Virus record (IMG/VR): IMGVR_UViG_2974556029_000001
Span: 1-64,000 of that record
DNA: 64,000 nt
DNA from: a virus
Lineage: Duplodnaviria; Caudoviricetes
Strand: one strand, 5' to 3'
Part shown: one piece after another, positions 15,378 to 26,016 of the stretch
How positions within the stretch are numbered: position 1 is the stretch's first letter
How the letters are laid out: the number at the start of each line of letters is the position of its first letter
Position numbers and translations under genes: made by a program
The notes under the pieces: model-generated
Database searches by the model: none
What the model was told of the DNA's origin: nothing
Seen by the model: the letters and a program-made list of their open reading frames with translations, nothing else

Positions 15378-16244
15378 ATGGACGCGATCTCTCGTTCCGC
15401 CACCCTCATCGCCAACAAGGCCTTCACCTTCGCCGGCCGCTCCTACGAGCCTGGCGATCGCTTCAACTGGAGGCGCCTGTCGTTCTCCAGCCGGCGAAAG
15501 GTCAACGTCATGCTCGGTCCGGTTCGCAAGCTCGTCGAGCTGAGCCCGGACACCATGGCATCGGCGCTGAAGCGTCGGGACAAGGGGTCGCGTCCGCCTC
15601 GCGGGTTCACCCTGGCCGGGCTGCTTGCCCTGAACCTCGTCACCGAGGAGCAGGTCAAGCGGTTCGGCTGGGTCCAAGACCAGGAGACCGGCGATGATGA
15701 CGAAACCGGCTCCGACTCGACCTGGCAGGCCCCCGAGGGGTCTGTCCAGGAAGGGGCGCTCTGGGTCATCCCGGTCAAGACGCGCGGCGGCCCGGCCCGC
15801 TTCGACATTGTCGACGGTGAGGGCGAGCGCGTCCTCACGGGCGGCACCATCGCCGGCAAAGACAAGGCCATCGCCAAGGCCCAGGAGCTGAACCAGCAAG
15901 CTGCCCAGCACCAGGGAATCGATCAGCACGCCAGCGCGGTCGACACCCAGGTCACCTTCGCCGACTACCCGATCGACGAAGAGCTGTGGACGCCGGAGCA
16001 GATGCAGGCGTTCAACGACTGGTTCGACGCCCTGGATGACAGCCAGGAAGTCGCGATCGCCAACCCGGCCGCCGTGATGCTGTTCAACAAGCGCAAGCGC
16101 GAGGCCGCCCGGGCTGCTCAGGAGGCGGCTCAGACGCCTCCCGCCGGCGAGGGCTCCCAAGATCAGCAAAACCCGCCTATTGTGCCGCCTGAACAGCAGG
16201 AGAGCGGCGATGGCGGCGAACTACGATCCCAGCCTGACCAGTGA
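15378..16244 (+). CDS. Head-associated hypothetical protein
   Basis: Follows the capsid gene; N-terminal AFTFAGRSYEPGDRFNW motif. Confidence 0.65.
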   Translation: MDAISRSATLIANKAFTFAGRSYEPGDRFNWRRLSFSSRRKVNVMLGPVRKLVELSPDTMASALKRRDKGSRPPRGFTLAGLLALNLVTEEQVKRFGWVQDQETGDDDETGSDSTWQAPEGSVQEGALWVIPVKTRGGPARFDIVDGEGERVLTGGTIAGKDKAIAKAQELNQQAAQHQGIDQHASAVDTQVTFADYPIDEELWTPEQMQAFNDWFDALDDSQEVAIANPAAVMLFNKRKREAARAAQEAAQTPPAGEGSQDQQNPPIVPPEQQESGDGGELRSQPDQ

Positions 16245-16650
16245 CCTAGACAAGGTCCGTTTCCGCGTCGGTGACGTGGATGTCGCCAACGCCCTCGTCC
16301 CTGACGAGACTATCGAGGCCCTGCTCCAAGCGAGCGGGGCCTCTGTGCTGTCCGTCGCCGCGGATCTCGCCAGCATGTTGGCGGCCAAGTACGCCAATTC
16401 GGTCGACACCGATCTGGACAACCAGGGTTTCAAGTATTCCCAGCGCGCCAAGCAGTTCTCGGAACTGGCGGCGCGCCTGCGGGCCGAGGATGCGGCCGCT
16501 CGAGTCGTGATCCCCCCGAACGAAGATCCGACCGACCGGGTCGCCATGGGCGGCGGGGTCATCGCGCTGGGCACGTCAACCTCGGAGGTGATCGACGCCC
16601 TGAACGATCCGGAGAACCTCGACAACTTCCATCGCTGGATGTGCCGCTGA
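16210..16650 (+). CDS. Head-tail adaptor
   Basis: LDKVRFRVGD...VPDETIEALL...KYSQRAKQF; position. Confidence 0.75.
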   Translation: MAANYDPSLTSDLDKVRFRVGDVDVANALVPDETIEALLQASGASVLSVAADLASMLAAKYANSVDTDLDNQGFKYSQRAKQFSELAARLRAEDAAARVVIPPNEDPTDRVAMGGGVIALGTSTSEVIDALNDPENLDNFHRWMCR

Positions 16651-16988
16651 TGGACGACCCGATCGACACGATGATCCGCGGCGCGCCGACGCCGGCCGAA
16701 CTGCAGACGCCCGCAGATCCGAACAAGAAGTACGACCCGGACGAGCGCTTCGTGCCTGGCCAGATGCAGAAGACGCCCGTGATCTGCTTCTTCAGCAGCA
16801 CGGCGATCGACAGCGGCGCGAACTATGACGCCACGGTGATCGTCCGTGCGGCGGACATGCCGGCCCACGTGAAGGCCAAGCAGAGCCGGGTCGACGTCGC
16901 CGGCGGGAACTACTCCATCGACCGTATCAAGGTCCGCCGCTGGCTTGGCCAGGTGAACGGCTACCAGCTGAACCTGGTGACATCATGA
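16650..16988 (+). CDS. Head closure protein (putative)
   Basis: Position and size. Confidence 0.55.
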   Translation: MDDPIDTMIRGAPTPAELQTPADPNKKYDPDERFVPGQMQKTPVICFFSSTAIDSGANYDATVIVRAADMPAHVKAKQSRVDVAGGNYSIDRIKVRRWLGQVNGYQLNLVTS

Positions 16989-17461
16989 GCGATCGGCCCG
17001 CCGACTACATCCGCAAGGTCAACGCGATGTTCGACCGGGCCGACCGCTTCATCTACACGGTGGCGCGGGAATGGATCATCGAGTGCGTCCAGGACCTGGC
17101 CTACAACACCCCTGGGCCAGGCCTGCAGTACGACCAGACCCAGTACATCGCGACCGGGCGCCTGCGCGGCGGCTGGAACTACGCCACTTTCCCGCCACCC
17201 GCCACGGCCAGCCGGTTCGATGGCGGCCCCTATGACGAGACGGGCGACGAGACCGTGGCGCGGGTGCGTGCGGCGGTCTATGCCCTGGACCTTCCTGCCA
17301 GCCCTAGCCTATGGAACGATGTGGCCTACGGGTTCGACGTCCACTTCGGCCTGGGGAACCACGAACATATCGGCCCGCGCCCCTGGGTCGACGAGGTCGC
17401 CAAGCGCGCCCAGTCGAACTTCAACCGGGCGCGCAGCAGGGTGATGGCGAGCTATGTCTGA
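16985..17461 (+). CDS. Tail completion / HK97 gp10-like protein
   Basis: ATGRLRGGWN...LWNDVAYG...PRPWV motif. Confidence 0.7.
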   Translation: MSDRPADYIRKVNAMFDRADRFIYTVAREWIIECVQDLAYNTPGPGLQYDQTQYIATGRLRGGWNYATFPPPATASRFDGGPYDETGDETVARVRAAVYALDLPASPSLWNDVAYGFDVHFGLGNHEHIGPRPWVDEVAKRAQSNFNRARSRVMASYV

Positions 17462-17933
17462 CGACGACCTGGTCAGGAAGGCCCTGGAGAAGCGCCTCAA
17501 GGCGCAGCACGCCGCTCTCCTGGCGGTAATCCCGGACGACTGGAAGGATGAACTGGTCGGCGCTGGCTGGCCGGTCGACGAGTTCCCGATCAAGTGGCCG
17601 AACATCGCGTTCAACGCCAGCAAGGCCATCACCTACCTGCAATTCACCTTCCACCCGAGCTCTGTGAAGTACCCGGAATTGGGGCGTCGGAGCCGCAAGG
17701 AGAGCGAAGGTTTCGCCCTGATCGGGGTTCGAACGCCAGAGGGTGCTGGCGACGATATCTCCGGCGATCTCGTCAAGGTCATTGAAACGGCATATCCATA
17801 CGCCGACGACCTTGAAGAAGGCGGCCTGACGGTTCGGATTGAGGGTGTCGAAGGACGCCCTGGGTACGGGTCGGACGGCAAGTGGTATCGTCCCGTCAAC
17901 GTCAATTGGCTCATCTCGAGGAGGCCCTCATGA
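17454..17933 (+). CDS. Tail terminator (DUF4128-like)
   Basis: IKWPNIAF...GFALIGVRTPEGAG...WYRPVNVNW. Confidence 0.75.
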   Translation: MSDDDLVRKALEKRLKAQHAALLAVIPDDWKDELVGAGWPVDEFPIKWPNIAFNASKAITYLQFTFHPSSVKYPELGRRSRKESEGFALIGVRTPEGAGDDISGDLVKVIETAYPYADDLEEGGLTVRIEGVEGRPGYGSDGKWYRPVNVNWLISRRPS

Positions 17934-18529
17934 AGAAGACCACCGCCGCGGGCGACACGCCCGCCACCGAAGAAGTTCAGGTTTCGGCCGAAGAGGCCGC
18001 GCGCCTGGCCGACGAGCAAGACCGCGAGGGCGCGGTTCTGGTGCCGGCCGACAATCTGGCCAGCCCGATCGTCGCCGAAACCCTGGTCGACGACGAGGCC
18101 GTGAAAAACGAATGGGCCAAGGCCCTCGTCCTGGCCGGCGGCGGCGAACGCATGCCGAACCGTGACGGCCGCAAGGTCATCGTGGTGCAGGTCACCGGCG
18201 TCGACGCCGACAAGGCCACCTATCCCAAGTCCGGCGATGCCTACCTGGGCTACGCGGGCGGCGAGGAGCCCTTCTCGTCCGAGATCACGGCTCCCGTCTT
18301 CCTGCTGGGCGGCAACGTCCGTCAGAAGGGCTTCCGCGGCCTTTCCAAGATCTCGGGCTATCTCTGCGTCGGCCCGTCTCACCCGGCTTTCGCCGCGGTG
18401 AACCTGGCCTGGCAGAAGGGCGCCCGCGACGTGAAGGTGGTCGGACTGACCGATGCCGAGGCGGCCCACCTCCGCCCCTGGTTCGAAGAGATCCGCCCGT
18501 TCTTCGACGTGCTCGAGTACGGCGGCTAA
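17930..18529 (+). CDS. Hypothetical protein, possible glycosyltransferase-like fold
   Basis: C-terminal AFAAVNLAWQKGARDVKVVGL resembles the AINLA..LGA..I.L.G motif of Maf/sialyltransferase-like proteins. Confidence 0.5.
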   Translation: MKKTTAAGDTPATEEVQVSAEEAARLADEQDREGAVLVPADNLASPIVAETLVDDEAVKNEWAKALVLAGGGERMPNRDGRKVIVVQVTGVDADKATYPKSGDAYLGYAGGEEPFSSEITAPVFLLGGNVRQKGFRGLSKISGYLCVGPSHPAFAAVNLAWQKGARDVKVVGLTDAEAAHLRPWFEEIRPFFDVLEYGG

Positions 18530-18583
18530 CCCCGCGTTCCCCCAACCAACGCCCGCGCGACGGGCCTGATCAAGAGGTATGAC

Positions 18584-19507
18584 ATGCCCGTCAAACGCGG
18601 CTCCCAACACCGCCTTCTGGCCATCAAGGAGACGGTCTACGGCACCACCCCGGCCACGCCGACCATGCTGGAGATCCTGCTGACCCGCCTGCGGGTCAAC
18701 AAGCAGATGGGCGTGACCCGCTCCGGCACGATCCGCCAGCATCCCTTCGTCGACCGCATGCTCCCGGGTCGCAAGACCCAGGACCTGGAAATCGGCATGG
18801 AGCTGCAGACCAACAACATGGATCTGCTGTTCGAGATGCTCGCGGCCAAGACCTTCTCGACCGACGTCCTGAAGATGGGCGACGGCCTGACCAGCATGAC
18901 CCTCGAGTCCCAGGCTCAGGTCGGCGCGGGCCTGTTCGACCACTTCCTGGGCGCCTTCGTGAACCGGATGGAGATCTCCTTCTCGGCCAACGAAGACGCC
19001 GCGATCGCCGTGACCATTGGCTTCGGGGCGCTGAGCTCCGAGCTCGACGCCACCGCGACCCTGGCCACCGCCGTCACCGAAGCCGTGGACGTCGATCCGC
19101 TCGTCTTCTTCGACTCGGTGGTCAACATCGCCGGCGTTGCGCGCCCGGTGACCGCCCTGACGATCCGGGCCGAACGCACCGTCGAGCCCCTGTGGGTCGG
19201 CGGCTCGTACCTGCCCCGCGAGAACGTCCCGGGCGACTTCACCCTGAGCGGCTCCCTGACCATCCCCTACGAGGACGCTGTCGAGTCGGCTCGTCTCGAG
19301 GGCTTCGTCGATGCCGACCTCGAGGTCGTCTGCCTGTCGGCCTCGGGCGACACCGGCATCACGTTCGCCGTGCCGAAGCTCAAGTACATGAGCATGGGCA
19401 AGGAAGTGGCGGGCCGCGGCGCGCGCTACCAGGAAATCGACTACGAAGCGTACTATGACCGGACCGAGCAGACGGTTCTGGTCATCACGCGCGACAACAC
19501 CGTCTAA
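18584..19507 (+). CDS. Major tail tube protein
   Basis: IKETVYGTTPATP...GAFVNRMEISF...TLSGSLTIPYED; position. Confidence 0.85.
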   Translation: MPVKRGSQHRLLAIKETVYGTTPATPTMLEILLTRLRVNKQMGVTRSGTIRQHPFVDRMLPGRKTQDLEIGMELQTNNMDLLFEMLAAKTFSTDVLKMGDGLTSMTLESQAQVGAGLFDHFLGAFVNRMEISFSANEDAAIAVTIGFGALSSELDATATLATAVTEAVDVDPLVFFDSVVNIAGVARPVTALTIRAERTVEPLWVGGSYLPRENVPGDFTLSGSLTIPYEDAVESARLEGFVDADLEVVCLSASGDTGITFAVPKLKYMSMGKEVAGRGARYQEIDYEAYYDRTEQTVLVITRDNTV

Positions 19508-19654
19508 GAGGTTCGCCCCGGCGCAGCGGATGATCTCCGCTGGACTGCTGGGGCGTTCTGCCCGAAAGGGTAGAGACGGGCGGCCGGTCTACTGTGGGGT
19601 GCCGGTCGCCCGTCGTTCTTAACCCCGCAGAAAGCCCCACACGAGGATCCCCAC

Positions 19655-20140
19655 ATGCTGGAATTTGACGCCCTGAAGGTGTTCGACACCGACAAGATCA
19701 ACAACGGCGCCTGGATGCAGTTCATCAACCCGGTCACGGAAGAGCCCATCTTCCTGGACCCGGAAACCCAGAAGCTGCCGTCGGAAGTCCGGGTCCGCTC
19801 GGTCAAGTCCAAGGCCTTCGACGAGCACCTCGACACCGTGCAGCGCCGGGCCGTCGACCGCGCCCGCGCCGGCAAGGGCAAGAAGGCCCGCGAGGAAATG
19901 CTGGTCCAGCTGAAGAAGGAAGGGCCCGAGTCCTTCGCCGCCCTGGTCGCCGGCTTCCGCAACGTCTCCAAGGCCCAGCCGGGCGAGATCACCCCGCCCA
20001 AGGCCGACCTGGTCCATTTCGCCAAGCAGCTCGAGAACAAAGAGTTCGTCGACCAGGTCCTCGAGTACGCCGCCGACGACCGCAACTACGGTCCGGACGG
20101 TGAAGAGCCGGGAAAAGCCTCGGCCGACGGCGAAGACTGA
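19655..20140 (+). CDS. Tail assembly chaperone (gpG-like)
   Basis: Between tail tube and tape measure; ends with an in-frame slippery heptamer. Confidence 0.8.
   Translation: MLEFDALKVFDTDKINNGAWMQFINPVTEEPIFLDPETQKLPSEVRVRSVKSKAFDEHLDTVQRRAVDRARAGKGKKAREEMLVQLKKEGPESFAALVAGFRNVSKAQPGEITPPKADLVHFAKQLENKEFVDQVLEYAADDRNYGPDGEEPGKASADGED
20110..20116 (+). other. Programmed -1 frameshift site G GGA AAA, giving a gpGT-like fusion ending at 20586
   Basis: X XXY YYZ in the gpG frame; -1 frame open through track ORF 20248..20586; 11 bp hairpin at 20157-20188. Confidence 0.8.
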
Positions 20141-20610
20141 GCCTTGAAGAACAGCGAGCGGCCCTCCTCAAGGAAGCGGAGGGCCGCTTCAAGGACCAGA
20201 TCGTCGTCGCCGGCTCCCCGCTGAAGGAGCACGACAAGAAGAAGCTCTTGTTCGCCGAGCGTCAGAAGGCGAAAGCTGAAGGCCGGCCCTGGCCACCTCC
20301 GCCGGCGGTCATGAAGGCCATCCTGCAGACGGCCAAGCGGCGCACCAGTCGACAGAAAGCCCCCGATCTGGAGCTCCTCTATCTGCTGGTCTACTACGAG
20401 GAGCTGAGGCAGGCGAACCCGATCGGGTTCTCGGTTCAGCCCGTCGCGTTCAGCGAAATCCTCGCCTACATGACGCTCTACAAGATCCCCTACGACGCTT
20501 TCGACATCGAGACTATTCGCCGTCTCGACGTTGTGTGGCTAAACTGTCTGCCGAAGCCCGATCCTCCGGACAAGTCGCGGAAGTGATCAGGCCCATTTCC
20601 CAACAGGCGG

Positions 20611-23600
20611 ATGGTCATGGCCGACTTCCCTACCCTTGGTCTTAACTTCGACCTGAACGAGATCGTGGGCGCCACGCGCGGGCTTGAGAAGGCCAAATCG
20701 GCCTATCTCGAGCTCGGGGAGGCGTCGGAGGAGGCGGCCAAGGAAGCCGAGGCCGCGGCGAACCGGGTAGTCACGGCGGCCAAGAAGCTGGCGCGCGCCG
20801 CCGGCGACGCTCGCTCCGAGGCGCGCGGCAAGGGCGGCAAGCCGGCCAAGACGGCCGAAGAACTCCAGATGGAGGCGATCCAGAAGGCGATCGGGGAGAA
20901 GTCCCGCTTCTGGAAGCAGAAGAGCGCCGAGCAGATGGCGGCGGCCCGCGCCGCGGCCGCTGAGGAGGCCGCTCAGCTGGAGAAGACCAACCGCCTGGCC
21001 CAGGACATGCTGAACTTCCGGATCCGCCTTACGCGCCAGCGGGCGGCGGAGGCGTCGGCGGCTGAGCGCGCCGTGGCGGAGGCGGCCGACAAGGCGGAGA
21101 ACGAGATCCGGCAGAACGCTCGCACGACTCTGGAATTCCGCATGCGCATGGCGCGCCAGCGGGCCGCCGAGGAAGAGCAGATCGAACGCCGAGTGGTCGC
21201 CTCCATGCAGGCCGCTCACGCCGCCGCCGCGGCCGAAGCCAAGATCGACGCCGACGTGCAGAAGGCCCTGGCCGAGCGAAACTCCCAGTTCCGCGTCGAC
21301 CAGATCAAGCGCGAGTACGCCGAAGAAGAAGCCGCTCGAGCCAGGCGCCTGGCCGATATCCGTTCCGACGCGGAGATCGAACGCCGCCTGGCCGAGCGCA
21401 ACATGGACTTCCGGGCCCAGCAGATCATCACGGCGTCGGCCGGCGGCGGCGGTCGTGGTGGCGGCCTCTTCTCTAACCTCTTCGGCGGCGCGGGTGGCGC
21501 CGGCGGCTTCAACGGCATCCTCGGCAACCTGAACGACACCGTGGGCCGCGTCCGCACCTCCTTCCTGAACGCGCGTTTCGCTGTCGCCGCCTTCCTTGGC
21601 GCGCTGACCGTTCAGCCGATCGTCCACGTCATCGACAGCATGACCGCCCTCCAGGCGCGCGTCTCGCTGTATGCGGCCAAGGCCAGCGACGTGCCATACA
21701 CGTTCGAGGCCCTCTACAAATCCGCCCAGGACGCCCGCCAGCCCCTGGAAGGCATCGCGACCCTCTACACCCGCCTCGCCCCGCTTGCCGACCAACTTGG
21801 CAAGTCCCAGCGCCAGCTGCTCGGGATCACCAAGACGGTGGCCCAGTCCTTCGCTATCGGCGGTGCGTCGGCGGCCGAGTCCGCCTCCTCCAGCCAGCAG
21901 CTGGCCCAAGCCCTTGCCGCGAACCGACTGGGCGGTGACGAACTGCGCTCGCTGGCCGAGAACGCGCCGGTCCTGCTGCAGATGATCGCCAAGTCGCTGA
22001 ACATGAACAGCGCCCAGTTCATCAAGTGGGCCCATGACGGCAAGGCCAGCGCCTCGGTCGTGGTCAACGCGATCGAACAGGCGTCCGGCAAGATCGACGA
22101 GATGTTCAAGCGTTTCCCTGTCACGATCGGGCAGTCAATCACCCTGGTCTCGAACGCCTTCGCCCACCTGGTCGATCGCGTGAACGTGGCTACAGGCGCC
22201 AGCACCAAGATCGCGACCGAGATCTCCAAGCTCGCCGAGTTCCTTGATCGGCAGTCGACGATCGACGCCTTCTCTGCCGGGGTGACCAACTTCGGCAAGG
22301 CCCTGTCCCTGGTCGGCTCGGTGATCAAGGGAGTCGTCGATTACCTTCCGGCGCTGGGCGCTGGCCTGCTGACCATCGCCGCGGCGTCGGCCGCCCCGAC
22401 TGTCATGTCAGCTCTGGCCACCGCCATCACGGCGGTGGGGATCGCCTCCACCGGCGCGGCCGGCAGGGCTCTGGTGTTCAACCAGGCCGTAATGGCCAGT
22501 TCCAGGGGTGTCGCCGCGCTGGTAGCGTCTCTGGGCGGCATGTCCGCGATCATCACGGGCGGCGTGGCGGTCGCCATCGCGCTTCTCGTCGCCGGCCTGG
22601 TGCGCATCAGGAAGGCCCAGGAAGATGCGCAGAACGCGGTCTCCAACTTCGGCGACACGCAGCAAGGCGCCATCTCCGCCCTTCAGCGCGCCGCGTCCTT
22701 CGCCGAGACCTACTCGATCAATACGTCTGGCCTCAGCAAGGCGCTGCTCGACGTCACCGGAGCCAGCAACTCGGCCGCGGGTGCGTCTGACACGGCGACG
22801 AACGCGAACAAGGCGGCTCTCGAGATGGCAAATGCCCGCGCCGAGGCCGAGCGAGCGCTGACGGTGTCGATCCTGCGCCGCGCCGCCGCCGATGCTGGCC
22901 AGAACGCCCAGAAGGCCGACAATTCGATCAACGGCTTCATGGGTATCCGAGACCAGCTGCAGATCGGCCGGCGCCTTGCATCGCCAGAAGCGATCGCCAA
23001 GGCGGAGAAGCAAATCAAGGATGTTGAGGGCGTGGTCCAGAGGGAGCGCGACCTGCAGCAGAAGCTCGAGGCCCAGGCCAACGCGCTAGAAAAGGCCAAT
23101 CTCACTGTCACCGTACCGGAAGGAAGCGGGAAGCCGAGCGGCGGAAACACAGAGGATCCTAACAAGGGCCTGACTGGAGCGATCAACCGCATCGCTCGCA
23201 TGCGCGCCGAGGTGCTTGGCCTGCAGAACCAGATCCGGGCCCTGAGCGCAGATCCGCTGTCGGACTTCTCGGCCCGCATCATTGCGGCTGGTGAAGAAGC
23301 GGCGGCGCAGTACACCGCCGGCAAGGCCACCAAGTTCGGTGATCAGGCCCGAACCGTGGCTCAGCAAAAGGAAGAAGCCTCGATCCGACTCCAGTTGACG
23401 CAGACCATGGTCGAGCAGGCGCGGGCCCAGGCGGACGAGAACGCCCAACTGGCCGTGTCCACGGCGGCGCGCCAACGGGCCAACGCGGTCCTGACGGCCT
23501 ACTGGACCAGCGGCAACCGAACGGCCCAAGGCTATGCCGAGGCTCTCAGGCAAGCCTCGCAAGCCGAGGTCACCGGCGCGGTGCGCGCAGAAGAGCTGCG

Positions 23601-26016
23601 GATCGCCCAGCAGTATGGCGTCCGCACCATCGGCGAGATCTCGGCCGCCTATCAAAAGGCGACCGGCGCGACCAAGGAGAACGCCGACGCCCTGCAGCTG
23701 CAGGCCCAGAAGACGCTTGCCGCGACCGAGGCGACGATCAAGAACACCCAGGCCGAACGGGAGGCTGCTCAGGCCGCCAACGCGGCTCTGGATCGCACCC
23801 AGGCCATTCAGGACCTGCAGGACTACGTTCAGGCTCTGAACAGCGGCACGGAGGCCCTCGCGGCCTACAATCGCCAGCTTCGGCTCCGCGCCGCCCTGGC
23901 CTCCGCTGGCCCAGCGGCCAACGTTGCTGGCGTGACCCGCGACATCAACGACCAGATCTCGGCTGAGGACGCTCAAGCGCGCGCCGAACGGAAAAAGTCG
24001 TTCGAGGAGCAGCTGCGCCTCGCCTCGCTCACGGCGCAGCAGCGTGAGGTGGAAGCCGAGGCCATGCGTCGGGTCGAGGAGGCGCAGAAGCGCGGGTCTC
24101 AGAACGCTCAGGAGCTCAGCATCTCCTGGCAGCGGATCCAGGTGGCCACGGAGCAGTCGCGACTGAACGTCGCCGGCCTGGCCGGACAGACGAAGGACGC
24201 GGTCAGGAACGCCTTCATCGACACGGGGCGCCTGAACTTCAAGCCGCTGAAGGACAGCCTGACGCAGATGCTGCGCCAGTCTCTGTATGACGCCTGGCTT
24301 GCAAAGCCGATCGAAATCGTGGTCGACGCCATCGTGCGCCGGACCAAGAGCGGCCAGGAGCGCCTGAAGCAGCAGGGCGACCAACTGTGGGACCAGTTCA
24401 AGAACTCCGACTTCGCGAACGGCATCTCGAACACCTTCAAGAACGCCCTCTCCAAGCTTCCGGAGGGGATCAAGAAGCTGTTCGGCAACGGCGGCGCGAA
24501 CCTGGGCGAGTTCGCCGGCAACACCATGGCCGGCTATGGCACGGGCGCGGCCGTCGCCGACGCTCTGGGCATCAAGGGGTCCACGTCGCACAAGGGTTGG
24601 CAGCAGGCCATGGACATCGGGGCGGCCGCCATCGGAACCGCGATCGGCGGCCCGATCGGCGGCGCTATCGCCACCTTCCTGTCGCGCTCTCTGGGCAAAG
24701 CCATCCTGGGCAAGGAGTCGAACCACGCGGCGATCGCGAGCTTCGACCAGTTCGGCAACTTCACCGGCTCCCTGACCGGCGACAAGCGAACCGACGAGAC
24801 GATCGGCCTGGCCACCGCCGCGGCGACCGGGATCACCAACGGCATGAAGGCCCTGCGCGAGCTCGGCGCGACGCTGACGACGACGGTCAGCAAGCTGGAT
24901 ATCGGGACGCGGGACAAGACCCACATCAACTTCAGCGGCGGCCAGCAGATCGACACGGCCGTCGGTGACGCCGACGCGGCTGTGCAGGGTAGCCTGCTGC
25001 TGATCGCCAGATCGGCCCGGTTCGCCGACGAAGGCCTTCAGCGCTTCGTCGACAGCGTCGAGAACTCGGTCACGACGATCGACGAGCTGATCAACAAGAT
25101 CCAGGCCTATCAGCAGGCGTCGGATTTCCGGACCAGCGTCGAGCGCAGCATCCTGCAGTACACCGACCCTCGCGAGTACGCGCTGTCGAACCTGCGTGAC
25201 ACCCAGGTCGCGCGGCGCAAGCAGGCGGCCGATTACTATTCGCAGGGGCTCTACACCATGGATCAGTACAGCCAGCTGCAGAGCAATCTTGGTAAGCTGG
25301 AGGGCATGGAGATCAAGGACCTCCTGACCCAACTGGCCACCGGCGTCGATGGCGCTGTCGCATCGCTCGACAAACTGAAAAAGGCGCAGGCGGACCTGGC
25401 CGACTATTTGACCGGCCTGCTGACCAGCAGCCTGTCGCCGCTGTCGCCCCAGGAGCAACTCCAGCTGTCTGGCGACAAGTTCAATTCGCTCCTGGCCAAG
25501 GCCATGGGCGGTGATCTGGACGCCTTCAACAAGATCACCGGCGCCTCTGACGAATATCTCAACGCGGCCCAGAAGTTCTTCGGCTCGACCGAGGCCTACG
25601 CCGCCATCTTCGATCGCGTCTATGGCCAGTTGGAGCAGCTCAGCAGCAAGGAGTTCGAAGACCCGCTGGTCACGGCGATCGACGAGCAGACCCAGAAGCT
25701 GATCGACGCGATCAACCAGGCGACCGGCACCCTCGTGTCGTCGCTCGGAGCGAGCGCGGCTGCGGCCACGACGCCCACGGCCAACGACGTGGCCGCGGCC
25801 GTGTCTGGTGGCGCGCTGTCGAACACTCAGGTCGATCAGATCGTCACGGCGATCAAGGAGAGCAGCAACGTGATCAGCGACACGATCGCCGGCGCGGCCG
25901 AGGCGCAGGTTTCGGCCACCACCGACGGCTTCGGCGGCCTGACCGACGCCACGGTCGATAGCATGGGCACGGACGTCGCCTTGAACGGCGGCCAGGTGAG
26001 GACGAAAGCCGCATGA
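20611..26016 (+). CDS. Tape measure protein (1801 aa)
   Basis: Ala-rich helical protein; SSSQQLAQALAANRLGGDELRSLAENAP tape-measure motif. Confidence 0.93.
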   Translation: MVMADFPTLGLNFDLNEIVGATRGLEKAKSAYLELGEASEEAAKEAEAAANRVVTAAKKLARAAGDARSEARGKGGKPAKTAEELQMEAIQKAIGEKSRFWKQKSAEQMAAARAAAAEEAAQLEKTNRLAQDMLNFRIRLTRQRAAEASAAERAVAEAADKAENEIRQNARTTLEFRMRMARQRAAEEEQIERRVVASMQAAHAAAAAEAKIDADVQKALAERNSQFRVDQIKREYAEEEAARARRLADIRSDAEIERRLAERNMDFRAQQIITASAGGGGRGGGLFSNLFGGAGGAGGFNGILGNLNDTVGRVRTSFLNARFAVAAFLGALTVQPIVHVIDSMTALQARVSLYAAKASDVPYTFEALYKSAQDARQPLEGIATLYTRLAPLADQLGKSQRQLLGITKTVAQSFAIGGASAAESASSSQQLAQALAANRLGGDELRSLAENAPVLLQMIAKSLNMNSAQFIKWAHDGKASASVVVNAIEQASGKIDEMFKRFPVTIGQSITLVSNAFAHLVDRVNVATGASTKIATEISKLAEFLDRQSTIDAFSAGVTNFGKALSLVGSVIKGVVDYLPALGAGLLTIAAASAAPTVMSALATAITAVGIASTGAAGRALVFNQAVMASSRGVAALVASLGGMSAIITGGVAVAIALLVAGLVRIRKAQEDAQNAVSNFGDTQQGAISALQRAASFAETYSINTSGLSKALLDVTGASNSAAGASDTATNANKAALEMANARAEAERALTVSILRRAAADAGQNAQKADNSINGFMGIRDQLQIGRRLASPEAIAKAEKQIKDVEGVVQRERDLQQKLEAQANALEKANLTVTVPEGSGKPSGGNTEDPNKGLTGAINRIARMRAEVLGLQNQIRALSADPLSDFSARIIAAGEEAAAQYTAGKATKFGDQARTVAQQKEEASIRLQLTQTMVEQARAQADENAQLAVSTAARQRANAVLTAYWTSGNRTAQGYAEALRQASQAEVTGAVRAEELRIAQQYGVRTIGEISAAYQKATGATKENADALQLQAQKTLAATEATIKNTQAEREAAQAANAALDRTQAIQDLQDYVQALNSGTEALAAYNRQLRLRAALASAGPAANVAGVTRDINDQISAEDAQARAERKKSFEEQLRLASLTAQQREVEAEAMRRVEEAQKRGSQNAQELSISWQRIQVATEQSRLNVAGLAGQTKDAVRNAFIDTGRLNFKPLKDSLTQMLRQSLYDAWLAKPIEIVVDAIVRRTKSGQERLKQQGDQLWDQFKNSDFANGISNTFKNALSKLPEGIKKLFGNGGANLGEFAGNTMAGYGTGAAVADALGIKGSTSHKGWQQAMDIGAAAIGTAIGGPIGGAIATFLSRSLGKAILGKESNHAAIASFDQFGNFTGSLTGDKRTDETIGLATAAATGITNGMKALRELGATLTTTVSKLDIGTRDKTHINFSGGQQIDTAVGDADAAVQGSLLLIARSARFADEGLQRFVDSVENSVTTIDELINKIQAYQQASDFRTSVERSILQYTDPREYALSNLRDTQVARRKQAADYYSQGLYTMDQYSQLQSNLGKLEGMEIKDLLTQLATGVDGAVASLDKLKKAQADLADYLTGLLTSSLSPLSPQEQLQLSGDKFNSLLAKAMGGDLDAFNKITGASDEYLNAAQKFFGSTEAYAAIFDRVYGQLEQLSSKEFEDPLVTAIDEQTQKLIDAINQATGTLVSSLGASAAAATTPTANDVAAAVSGGALSNTQVDQIVTAIKESSNVISDTIAGAAEAQVSATTDGFGGLTDATVDSMGTDVALNGGQVRTKAA

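Noticed and set aside
23086-25458. 790 aa minus-strand ORF (also 20587..22035 and 60711-region shadows)
   Set aside because: Antisense to the tape measure or other well-supported genes; no RBS or domain
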